From Nitrosopumilus sp. (GTDB lineage: Archaea > Thermoproteota > Nitrososphaeria > Nitrososphaerales > Nitrosopumilaceae): 64,000 bases of DNA. Below the pieces are notes generated by a model that searched no databases, was not told the DNA's origin, and saw nothing but the letters and a program-made list of their open reading frames with translations. The DNA is taken from positions 320,001 to 384,000 of the forward strand of contig OZ244651.1 in assembly GCA_965218695.1 (NCBI GenBank), given 5' to 3'. Positions 51,733 through 61,854 of the stretch are shown here, one piece after another. Each line of letters starts with the position of its first letter. The first letter of the stretch is position 1. Both the position numbers and the translations under genes were made by a program.

Positions 51733-54700
51733 CATCGCTGGTCTCTAGGCGTCCGTTACGGGTCAGCACGACGGAGCGCATTGAATATGTATGAAATCTT
51801 TGCGGCGGGATTATTGCTGCTATCGTTGTTCGCATGTTGGTTGAACTAGATATGTCGCGAAACGCCAGTCTGAATGAATGGCAGAATTTTCTGGAGTCAT
51901 TCTTGTATGCGCGCTTGTGTTTTTCCCTTTGCAGGCCTGCGGACATGGGAGTGGTAAATATGGGCCTTGCAAAGGCATGGTTGAACTGGTGGATGTTGTT
52001 TCCCTCAAGCACCGGCCAGCCCTTCCCGCCGTCAGTCAGGAGGTCGGCATCGTTTGTCTTATGAAAACCACTTGAGAGTGCCACGCTCCAGCCGCCCCCC
52101 AATCCCATTCCCAACGTATCACACGCAGACATACTGGCCAGCACGGCAAGAATCTTCCCGTCAACCTCGGGGATGTGGAGATCGTCAGGAGACAGGTCGC
52201 GGATCATTCTCTTGGAGATCGTATGGAATTTTTCTTTCTCTGCGTCCTTGGTTTCAAGCGATGACAGGTTGTGCAGGTAGAATCCGGAAGGAATGTCGTC
52301 CCCTCCAGGCAGGTTTTTGATTGTCAGGAGCACGAACCGATACCTGCTGTCTATGGGGAATATCTTTTTGCGGTTCTCAAAAACGTACATCTGCCGCACG
52401 TCTGAATCCAGAATCTGTTCCCGCATTCCTGCCGAGCCCGTGTTTGAGAGTACCTGGGAGGGAATGAGTACGGATATGACGCCTCCCTCCGACACCAATG
52501 CCAGCATGCGCTCCATCATTATCTGCCACATGTCCCTGTCTCCCACGCCTTGCAGGGCATACGTTTTGTAGAATTCCGACTTTTCACGAAACGACTGGCG
52601 AAAATCGTCGTACTCTTTCCGGATGGCGGGATCTTTTAGGATCTCATCCTGTTTGGTTATTTTTTTCGGTTTGGTGTCGATGGCGCGAAATGCCGGGTAG
52701 TGCCGGGTAAAGAATTCGTCATCGGATGGTTTTACCTTGTCCCACGGCGGGTTTCCCACGATCAGGTCAAAGCCGTGCCGGGCATCCACAAACGCGTCCA
52801 TCATCTCAAGCTCCCAGTGGAAGAACCCATACTTGCTTTTCAGCCGCCGTGCAGTCGCAAGCGTATTTTGCATGTCTGCGTCTTCTGCTATCCGGCCGGA
52901 GAACCGGCGTATGTAGCCTGCCGCGTTCTTGCGAGCCGTTTTAGGTATCGCATTCTTGTCGATCTGTGCAGTGCAGTACACGTCCAGCATCTCCTTGTGG
53001 GGGGACATCACTCGTTCATACTCGTCGTGAGCGTCCTTACTCCGGTGGACCTGCTTTATGGTGACGTCTGCACTCTTGCTGACGCGATCGATTATGACTC
53101 CTATGTTGTCTGTTTTCTCCATCCAATCATCCAGCGATGCGCCCTTTGGATCCCCTATGTCGCGGCGCCACGCTCCCATGGTAGAGTCGCCTGCCTTGAT
53201 GTGATGATTCAGGTATGTCAAAGGAACGCCAATTGCAAAAGAGTCAAGCCACAGTGAGACGCGGGCAAGCTCGACTGCAAGCGGGTTGACGTCAACTCCA
53301 AATATGCACCGCTTCATCACGCGGCGCTTGAGCAGAACGTCATAAGTCAGCAATCTCTCGTTTATGGTTATGCCGTGTTTCTTCTGTTCGGATATTACTG
53401 TCTGCCTGTCTTTTTCTATATCGGCAAGCAACGGGTGTTGTGGGTATTTCCTGAGCATGCCGGTGGCCCATTTCGTAATCTGGTTCAACGCCTCAACCAG
53501 AAAGTGGCCGCTGCCCATGGAAGGATCCAATACCTGTATGTCAAGCAGTCTGTCCGTGCATGCGCGGATGTTTTTCTCATTTGGCATGTCTCCGTACCTG
53601 CTGAGATCAGGCGGCAGTAATTTTTCGCGTTCGTCAAATATCGGCTCAAGTCCGCGCTTGACCAAAAACGATACCATCTCCTGCGGGGTGTAGTAGCTTC
53701 CAGATGATTTTCTCGAGAGCGAACCTGTCCTTGACACTATGTAGAGGTCATTTTTCTTGTACGAGTACGTGGATTCGGCACGGGATGCAACCTCACGCAC
53801 AGCCTTGCCGTCTTCTACCAGCATGATGTCCCGATCTGCCTAGCGTACCTCGAATTCCATCAGAGTCTCGTAGATGTTTCCCAAGTGCCGTACGCCCAAA
53901 CTGGCATAGTCTACAGGTTCCCCGTCCTTTTCCATGAACCCCCTCAGCGTCCGGACCGCGTGGAAATTCCTGATGTTGATGCCGTCAATCTGCGGAGCAC
54001 TCCTGAAGAGGTCGCTGTTGTATTGCGGCAGGTTATGCTCCGGACTCCCATTCCTGACCCCTCGGAACAGATTCAGGACATGCTTCCAGCAACCGTACGA
54101 GTCAGGATCCGACTCCATGTCGTCAAGAGAATAGCGTAGCGCCAACAGGGACAACGGAGCGTATTTTTTGTCCCTGACAGGTAGCAAGTCACGCGATTCT
54201 GCATACAACAGGAACCATATGCGGTACATGATCTTTAGCGCAACCTCCTTGGCAGAGGCCAGATCGCCCGACTCGTACCTCCGAGTACCGTCATACCCCA
54301 GCACGCCTTTTACCAAGTCCACAAAGATGCCATCCGGCCTCAAAATCCGCTCAGCCAAGTTCGCCTCGAGATCTTGTACGTAGTCCCTGCCGTCGTCGAA
54401 TACCACGTCTATTTTGGCCTTGCCGTTTATCCTCACGTACGACGCGGCGCCGAATACGGCCGCCAAGTACCGCAGGACTGACTTTTTCCTAGATTTCAGG
54501 TTTATCTCAAAGTAGTTGGTGGTGGATGCAGATACCCTCGACGTGTAAAGCCTCCACGTGATCCCGTCCGTGAGGATGACCCACGGCGTCACGGCAAGTT
54601 CTGCCACCGCCCTGTAGCTTGGTGCCACCTCGGCCTGGTTCCTCTGGATTCCAAAGTCCGTCCCCTTCCCAACCACCACTATCGATGCTTCTGGAAAGGA

Positions 54701-55661
54701 ATGAGAACGGTAAACGCCATCATCATGATATTCAAGATCCGACCAGCCAAGCAACTCAAGCGACTTTGCAGAATCTCCATCCCATGCATCCTCCAAGCCA
54801 TCCAGTTTTGTCGCACCGCCTTCAAGCAGTCTGGTCTTTAGGTAGTGTGTAGAGAAGACGCCCTTGTTGATGAAATCTACGGCAGTGGTGGGTATGTTCT
54901 GTATAGTACTCTTGATGGCCCGCCGCATCTTCAGGCTGGTGCCGGCAGACGCAAAACCGGCAGAAGAAAGCGCCGTGACCACCTGTTCGCAGGCGTCAGT
55001 GCCGTCTAATGCAAAGACCAAGCTGCTTGATGCAGACTTGAAGTAGAGGCTGTAGTTTGATTTCAGACAGAGCAACACAGCACAGTGAAAGATGCCGGAG
55101 ACCTGTCGTTTTGCGTCCGGGATAGCCTTGGCCTTGTGCTCAAATAGTAATACCGGGATTGGAGTGTCGTTACCGTCAGCCCGCGTGAACCTGTACCGTC
55201 CCCATCCGGCGGAGTTGTTGTCGGGGAGGGGCCTGCATTCTTCGGATAGACCCATGGAATCCAAGACTCCTTTGATCCTGTTTGGAAATTGAGGGGTTTT
55301 TTCAGAATCTTTTGTCACTACACTACCGCCATTGTTTATTGGATTGGCACAGGTTCAGTGATAAACGTATTGACATTAAGATTAGTGGGGGTTATCTTAC
55401 GTGTAGCCTGTTGCGTAATTTCCTCCGCTCAGACTGAACGTGCACAAGCACCGTATGTATAATCCTGCACCACCCACGCCCCCATTATCAATCTGTTGTA
55501 CCTGGGCAACAAAACACGGTGCTGCATACAATTCGTTGATCGACATATTGCCCGTCTGGCACGCTCATCAATCATCCATTTCGCGGTCCGCTACGGCACC
55601 GAGATGCCTTCGAACCATAGAAATAGGTACGCTTATAGATCCCATTTTGTGAATGTGCCTA

Positions 55662-56048
55662 ATGCTGAAAACCAAGTCCATATATGCGCCGTCGGATCCT
55701 AACGACGGGGAGCGCGTTCTGGTCACTAGGTTCTATCCGCGCGGCGTAAAACGGGAGCGCTTCCACGAATGGCGGCGCGAGTTGGCGCCTAGCGTCAGGC
55801 TGCTCAAACAATACAAAGAGATGGAAATATCCGAAGATGAGTTTGAGCGATGCTTCAAGATTGAAATGAATGCCGTTGCAAGCAGACAGGCCATCAAAGA
55901 CTTGAGAACACGTGCAATGGTATCCAACGTGACGCTCCTGTGCTACGAACCGGAAGGAGAGATGTGCCACCGCAACATCTTGCAGGAGATCATACGCAAC
56001 ATGTTACACGCTTCGCTTAAATCTAAATACGCTGATTACCATGAATGA
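55662..56048 (+). CDS. DUF488 (YeaO-like) family protein with intact CxE...CHR motif
   Basis: DGERVLVTRFYPRGVK, W..ELAPS, F..C F..EM, TLLCYEPEGEMCHR; start 55653 or 55662. Confidence 0.85.
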   Translation: MLKTKSIYAPSDPNDGERVLVTRFYPRGVKRERFHEWRRELAPSVRLLKQYKEMEISEDEFERCFKIEMNAVASRQAIKDLRTRAMVSNVTLLCYEPEGEMCHRNILQEIIRNMLHASLKSKYADYHE

Positions 56049-56768
56049 ATTTCTGTGTTGAGCCGCGTTACCCACCAGGAAATATTTGTCAAAATTCGGA
56101 TCGGTGATGCCCAGGTTTGTCAGTCCCTGTTCCATGTTAGCAGGGTTCTTTCTCATCCATTCATAGATGCCCCATTCTAGAATCTGCTGATCGTGAGGTT
56201 TTGCTGACCGGCAGCCCGAACAGTGATACTGTACGCGAGGCTGTTTCTGGTAGTTGTGTATCGTGAGGAACAGCACGTCAGAATCCAGCGTGGATTGCAC
56301 GGATGGGTTGTAGTTTTTTCTGTCTGCCATCCAGCTCTTGATTATCTTTGGTTTGATTATGCCCAAACTTCGTTTGGCGTCGTTAAGGTCCTGTACACAG
56401 CTGACACCGAATTCATTGTACAGTTTTTTTAGCAAATCAATCTGTTTTGGACGTGTCAGTTTGTCAACTACTTGGATCTTCTCTCTTAGTCTAGACCATT
56501 CGTCTTTCGATCCCTGAACTTTCCAGCTTTCGGCTCTGGTGTCTTGCGGGTTTTTTTCTAAAGGCATGCTTACGACATTCCATCGAGGCATCTTAGCTTC
56601 GGGCGGCACGGGGTATATCCTAACAAGTCCGTGTTTGGGAGAGTAACACGCCGTGCATACGGTTCTTCGGCTGTCGCTTATCTCATCAGGAACTGCGTTT
56701 CCCAACATAATAAGATCGTCCATTACAACTCTGTCCGGATCCACATTACCAAGTATGGTCAGTATCAT
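56004..56768 (-). CDS. Hypothetical 254-aa protein of a family often found next to DUF488 (possible OB-fold, possible C/H zinc site)
   Basis: TVCTA...RIYPV, D.R.ESW, SLGIIKP, YHCSGC....H..QILEWG, FLVGN pattern; overlaps the DUF488 gene tail-to-tail by 45 bp. Confidence 0.75.
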   Translation of the reverse strand: MILTILGNVDPDRVVMDDLIMLGNAVPDEISDSRRTVCTACYSPKHGLVRIYPVPPEAKMPRWNVVSMPLEKNPQDTRAESWKVQGSKDEWSRLREKIQVVDKLTRPKQIDLLKKLYNEFGVSCVQDLNDAKRSLGIIKPKIIKSWMADRKNYNPSVQSTLDSDVLFLTIHNYQKQPRVQYHCSGCRSAKPHDQQILEWGIYEWMRKNPANMEQGLTNLGITDPNFDKYFLVGNAAQHRNSFMVISVFRFKRSV

Positions 56769-57270
56769 AAATCATTATCTATAGCTAAGATCAAAAGTTC
56801 GTGAATACATGATAACCCTGCCCACCCACCACATGTAGCGGGCTGACCCCTAAATACACATGGTCACAAAGACCTAGTTCGTGAATGAGGCTATCCGAGC
56901 TGCTGTGTTACTGACCATCCGAGCCCTTGGATGTTAGTTACATGTCTTGATCCCGTACTTGTACTCAAACAGGTACAGGCCGTAGTCCACGCATTCCATG
57001 GCAAGCGCAATGTCCCTCATGGTTTTGTCCCAACCATGCGTGTGGTTTCGTCCTGCACGTATTAAAGACCCCCTGTAATCATGGCAACAGTTCTTCCAGA
57101 AGCATACCAAGTGCTGGCCGTCACATGGCGGCATCATTTTCTACGTGCCGTGCCTCACGTCCTCCATGGCATGCATGTTTTGCGGCAAGAGGCACGGCCA
57201 ATACCAGATCATTGGATCCGCACGCCCTTCGTTTTATTTGCACGAATTTTGGCGTGTCATCATGAATGGT

Positions 57271-57715
57271 TTATTCGTCTAACAAATGACGATCGTCGCC
57301 TTTCATACGGTCACGCAACTTTTTCAAGTTTTGTGCTCGTGCAACCTGATCATTGTTTTCACATATCTCTCGTAGAACAGTCACTTGAGACGCACTCATG
57401 TATTTACTGCCCAGTAGATCAACAATTCTATCGATAATCTTGTTTGCTGTATCAAAATTATAGGCTCCCGATAATAGTTTTAGCAACATATCCGGATTAT
57501 CGGGTTCTAATGCCATCATGATGTCACACGCCAAACCGACATAATTTGGATTTGAATGATTCAGACGTGGACAATGATGCCCGCCTGTAAATCCGATTGG
57601 AACTTTGCCGTCAAAAGTTACCGGGACTATTGTTTTCTTCAAAGCTAGAGCCATGCCTGCCTCCTGTTCCGTAAAATTTGCACCGTGATAATCTACAGAA
57701 ATTAGTTGAATAAAG
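57271..57715 (-). pseudogene. TIR-domain protein, 5'-truncated by an IS66
   Basis: Frame stays open upstream of the track ATG to the IS junction: FIQLISVDYHGANFTEQEAGMALALKKTIVPVTFDGKVPIGF (TIR betaC-alphaC-betaD with catalytic-position Glu), then a C-terminal helical domain. Confidence 0.75.
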
Positions 57716-59241
57716 GTAAGTGTTCACGTCGTGCCTAATTCAGTTCACTCTTGGGTAAATTTTGTGCAAACCACAGATCCAAATAGGATGGTAATCCAAA
57801 CCCGATGTGAAAAGCCAGGCTGAACTCAAAAAGATGTACACGGATCTCAAGACTGAGAACATCAAGCTCAAGCAGACGATTGAGATGCAAGGGCAGATAA
57901 TTGAGGAATTGAATCTGGCAGTTGCTGATCTTAAGCGCAGGCTGGTGCGGCATGACAATTACAACACCCCGTCATCACAAAAAAGGGGGCCCGGATGGCC
58001 TGACACAAAGGGAAAAGGCGACGAAAAGAATGCCTACAATAAATCCACAAAAGCCTCCCGGGATCAAAAGGACCGCGTGGATGCGGCCGGCAGCGGGAAG
58101 TCGCGCGGGGGGCAAAAAGGCCACATGGGCCGCACCCGCAAGCCAAAACCCACCGAGTTTGAGGAACACACCCCGGAGGCCTGCCCCGAATGCGGCTCGG
58201 GTAGCCTTTCCATAGTGCAGTCAGAAAAACGCGACATTACCAGGGTGGAGCGCACGATAAAGGTCATCACCACGCGCCACACCATAAACACGTGTCGCTG
58301 CTCCTGCGGTCTGGTGGACATCAAGCCCGAGACCGGCCTTCCAGACAAGGGCAGCTACGATCCGAGCATAACGACTGATGTTGCAGACGATTACGTGTGT
58401 CGCATGCCGTTTAGGATGATCGCAGACCACATGTCGCGGTACGGAATTACACTCTCCTCGGGCACGGCGCACAACATAATGCGCAGGCTGGGAACGTCGC
58501 TGGGCGCCCCTGCGGCAGCCATTGCCGCCATGATACGCAAGGCCAAGATACTGCACGCCGACGAGACATCGATTCACCTAAACGGCCGCAACGTCTGGGT
58601 GTGGATACTGCACGATCCGCTGACCGGGCACGCGCTGTACGTGATACGGGACAGCCGGGGGGCAAAGGTTCTGAAAGAAGCGCTTGGGGGTTGGGACGGC
58701 ACGTTAGTGTGCGACGGCTGGACGGCGTACGGAAAATACCGCGTCCAGCGCTGCTGGTCGCACATAATACGCGAGGCCAGGGACATCTGCAACCGCAATC
58801 CGGACTGCCCAGGCGCGCGCAACGTCCTGAAGCACCTGCGCATAATCTATGATTATGCCAGAAGGGCAAGCAGGAAACGCTCGCGCTCTCTCCGGGACAA
58901 CGCGTCTGCCATGCTGACGTCATGCATCGAAAAGATCGTTGCAAGGTACGCCGACGATCCAATATTGGAAAAATTCATGGTCAAGATCAGCAATGCTGGC
59001 AGCGACCTGTTCCGGTTCGTGCTGAACCCAAAGATCCCGCCTACAAACAATGCTGCAGAACGCGGGTTGCGCGAGATAGTCGTGCACAGAAAAATACGGG
59101 GCAGCATAAGGGCAGAGGAGACGATGACGTGGATGGCGAATTTCTTTTCATGTGTAATGACATGGAAAAACAAGAAATTGGATTACTTGGCGGAGATTGC
59201 AAAATACGCCTAAAAATGAGTTAAACCACGTGAACACTTAC
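57716..59241 (+). mobile_element. IS66-family element (second type), no matching target duplication
   Basis: TIRs GTAAGTGTTCACGT / ACGTGAACACTTAC; flanks GAATAAAG vs GAATTTCT. Confidence 0.9.
57807..59213 (+). CDS. IS66-family transposase
   Basis: NYNTPSS, GGQKGHMG, CPECG, ADET, CDGW, QRCWSH, TNNAAERGLR. Confidence 0.93.
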   Translation: MKSQAELKKMYTDLKTENIKLKQTIEMQGQIIEELNLAVADLKRRLVRHDNYNTPSSQKRGPGWPDTKGKGDEKNAYNKSTKASRDQKDRVDAAGSGKSRGGQKGHMGRTRKPKPTEFEEHTPEACPECGSGSLSIVQSEKRDITRVERTIKVITTRHTINTCRCSCGLVDIKPETGLPDKGSYDPSITTDVADDYVCRMPFRMIADHMSRYGITLSSGTAHNIMRRLGTSLGAPAAAIAAMIRKAKILHADETSIHLNGRNVWVWILHDPLTGHALYVIRDSRGAKVLKEALGGWDGTLVCDGWTAYGKYRVQRCWSHIIREARDICNRNPDCPGARNVLKHLRIIYDYARRASRKRSRSLRDNASAMLTSCIEKIVARYADDPILEKFMVKISNAGSDLFRFVLNPKIPPTNNAAERGLREIVVHRKIRGSIRAEETMTWMANFFSCVMTWKNKKLDYLAEIAKYA

Positions 59242-59305
59242 GAATTTCTTATGAAATATCCGGAATTTAAAAACGAAACGTAACTGAAGTATTAATTAAA
59301 AAACA

Positions 59306-60946
59306 GTATCTGTGTAGTTTTTTGATCAAATGTTGAACTCCATATCTACAATCAGAAAATCCGCGTCTGTCTAATTTTTTAAAACTATTTTTGATCACTT
59401 GATCGAGTTTTTCTCTCCGTCCTAATTTTTAGATCATTGTTGCCCACGGTTTGCATATGTCTGATGATAATTCCGAGTCAAGGATTGCAGAACTGGAGGA
59501 AAAAGTGGGTATGATGGCAGAGCAGATGGCCGAAAAAGACCGGCAGATGGCCGAAAAAGACCGGCAGATGGCCAAACTCGCTGATCTTTACGCTGCCGCC
59601 CTCAAACAGATCCAGGATCTCACGGCAGAGTTGCAGGAGGCAAAGGGCATCATATCGGCTGCCGTTGCAAGGAGCATCGGCGCAAAACCGGACAAAAAGA
59701 CCGGCAGTACCCGGCGCCGCGCAAAGGGCAAGGGCAAGGCCAAGGGCAAGCCAAGTGACCACAAACGCACGGGCCTTGCGCGTCCTGAAAGAATAGACGC
59801 AGAGGAGACGGCAGATCCCCACACGTGCGACAACTGCGGCAGCTCCGACCTCTCAGAATGCGTGTCCACGTACACAAAGGTGGTAAGGGAGGCTGCCAAG
59901 ACGGAACTAAAGCACATCAAGGTGACAGTAAAGAGAAGGCGTTGCAGGAACTGCAAGAGGACCGTGTCCGGCAGGACTCCGCTGGCACTGCCAAACTCCA
60001 GGTACGGGATCAACTTTATGATAATGATGGTCATCCTCCGGCTGCACGGCATGTCAGACCTCAGAATATGCAATATTGTCATGATGATGTACTCGGCAAG
60101 AATCACGGAATCTGCGATAAACCGCATGGTGTGCAGGATGGCCCGGGAGCTCGGGCCGCTGTACGAGAAGATCAAGGAGGAGGTAAGAAACTCGCGTGCG
60201 ATAAACGGGGACGAGACAATCTGGCGCGTCGACGGCACGAACTATTGGCTGTGGGTGGCTGTAGCCAGGTACGCCGTAATCTACGAGGTGCACCGCCACA
60301 GGAACTCGAAGGTTCCAAAAAAGATGCTCGGCAAGGACTACCCGGGATGCGTCACGTCTGACTCGTGGGCCGCGTGGAACGTCATCGGATCCGAACACCA
60401 AAAGTGCCACCTTCATTACGCCCGGGACATCAAGGACACCCTGAAATACAAGAATCCCGGCTACGACTACAAGCGTCACGCAAGGACGCTGCGCGCGATA
60501 CTGTGGGACTCGCACATCGACGGCGCCGTTCCGGGAGGGGCAGACGCGCTTGCCGCAAAGAAGAGGCTGGATCGTCGTATCGCGTCACTTATCGGCAGGC
60601 TCGAAAAGGACCGCGACTGCAAGCACTGCAACAGGATGCGCAAGAGGCTGGTGCGGGAAAAAGGCCACCTGTTTGCGTTTCTGGAGACAGACGGCGTCGA
60701 ATACCACAACAACCGGGCAGAGCGGGCCATCAGGCCGTGCGTCATCCTGCGCAAGAACAGCAACGGGAGCAGGTCAAAGAAGGGTGCAGATGCCATTGCC
60801 ACGCTGATGAGCATCAAGCAGACATGCAAGGCAAGGGGAGATGATCTTGGCACGATCCTGCGCGAGGGCCTGGCTCCACGTCAAAAAACTGCATAGACGC
60901 GCGTAGGCATGGAGTTCAACATTTGATCAAAAAACTATGCAGTTAC
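59306..60946 (+). mobile_element. IS66-family element (third type) with perfect 8-bp target duplication AAAAAACA
   Basis: ~38-bp TIRs GTA.CTG..TAGTTTTTTGATCAAATGTTGAACTCCAT; AAAAAACA at 59298-59305 and 60947-60954. Confidence 0.92.
59457..60896 (+). CDS. IS66-family transposase with N-terminal QMAEKDR heptad repeats
   Basis: CDNCG..CRNC, GDETIW, SDSW, QKCHLH, HNNRAERAIRP. Confidence 0.93.
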   Translation: MSDDNSESRIAELEEKVGMMAEQMAEKDRQMAEKDRQMAKLADLYAAALKQIQDLTAELQEAKGIISAAVARSIGAKPDKKTGSTRRRAKGKGKAKGKPSDHKRTGLARPERIDAEETADPHTCDNCGSSDLSECVSTYTKVVREAAKTELKHIKVTVKRRRCRNCKRTVSGRTPLALPNSRYGINFMIMMVILRLHGMSDLRICNIVMMMYSARITESAINRMVCRMARELGPLYEKIKEEVRNSRAINGDETIWRVDGTNYWLWVAVARYAVIYEVHRHRNSKVPKKMLGKDYPGCVTSDSWAAWNVIGSEHQKCHLHYARDIKDTLKYKNPGYDYKRHARTLRAILWDSHIDGAVPGGADALAAKKRLDRRIASLIGRLEKDRDCKHCNRMRKRLVREKGHLFAFLETDGVEYHNNRAERAIRPCVILRKNSNGSRSKKGADAIATLMSIKQTCKARGDDLGTILREGLAPRQKTA

Positions 60947-61488
60947 AAAAAACAAAAAATCCCACTGTGCCGTACGAAATAGGGCTTACCCCTGTCCGGA
61001 GGGCAGGGAATATGGGAAGCCAGGTGATCCCCCAGCCTAGTAAAAATGCCGACGTGTAGGTCAGGCCAAGACATGCCAGCCTGTGGCATCCTATTGGCAG
61101 TATGAGAATTCGCGTAATGCCAAAACTGGTTCAATCCAAGGCATGATGATCGGGGGCAAAAGTGAATCGCCAATGCACAAATAGCTGAAACCATGAATGT
61201 CTTCACGCGCCGGATCAGGGAACTCTGGGTCTGACACCTGGAACCGAGCCCTGACAGCATGAATCCCAGTAGAATTTCCTTTTTCCCTTGCAATGCAGGA
61301 CATCTTGTACTGTAGGTGCTGAAAGAAAAATTTGCCCTCCTGATGACAGATAGCTTTGCCCATTATTACATAGCGCTACGGGAATCCGAAAATCTTTTGA
61401 ATCCACGTTTTATTCACGGATGCGTTCAATCCCAGGATTCCTAAATAAATGGTCGGAACAGATAAATTTCTTCCCACGAACCTTATTC

Positions 61489-61854
61489 ATGGAAAGAAAC
61501 CTTGAGCTCGAAGACAATGCAAGGGGGCTCGTGGTTCGTTTTATAGAATCGCTTAGTCAAAATGATCTCAAAAGTGCCAGAAACTGCGTAAATGATGATT
61601 TTGAATATATAAGCCCACTTGGGAATTATGATAGAGCAGAGCCATTCTTCAAACGCATGGAAGCGTCGCCTCTAAAATTTAACATCAAAAAAACCTTTGT
61701 AGATGGAAACGAGGTATGCGTGTTTGTTGATGTTCCTTTGGGATCTTTAACCCTGCTTGCATGTGGCCGGTACACTGTGGAAGAACAAAAAATCCGTTCA
61801 TTAAATCTAATATATGATCCACGGGTATTCCTAGAGGGAATATCCAACAAATAA
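61489..61854 (+). CDS. NTF2/SnoaL-like domain protein
   Basis: VVRFIESL..ND, DDF.Y.SP, FVDGNEVCVF, VEEQKI..L..IYDP; AT-rich relative to surroundings. Confidence 0.8.
   Translation: MERNLELEDNARGLVVRFIESLSQNDLKSARNCVNDDFEYISPLGNYDRAEPFFKRMEASPLKFNIKKTFVDGNEVCVFVDVPLGSLTLLACGRYTVEEQKIRSLNLIYDPRVFLEGISNK

Larger units (their letters stand above)
50013..55318 (-). pseudogene. Type IIG/Eco57I-like (DrmMI-like) N6-adenine methyltransferase, ~1350 aa reconstructed, broken by an in-frame TAG and an IS
   Basis: WVILTDGITWRLY, LGNIYETLM, GSYYTP, DPSMGSGHFL, NPPW; TAG at 53840-53842 in frame (FEVR*ADRDIMLVED); removing the IS restores GRLETSD|DYNKQIAYLCGILNSMPFDF; ATGA overlap with the helicase. Confidence 0.88.

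Noticed and set aside
53840-53842. Amber recoding (pyrrolysine or stop reassignment) to explain in-frame TAGs
   Set aside because: Many intact core genes here end in TAG, no pyl genes are visible, and the TAGs occur only in decaying loci
60943-61406. Short minus-strand ORFs (one containing IFLS) as the missing 5' half of the TIR gene
   Set aside because: No continuous TIR betaA-alphaA-betaB pattern, and stops intervene before the IS junction
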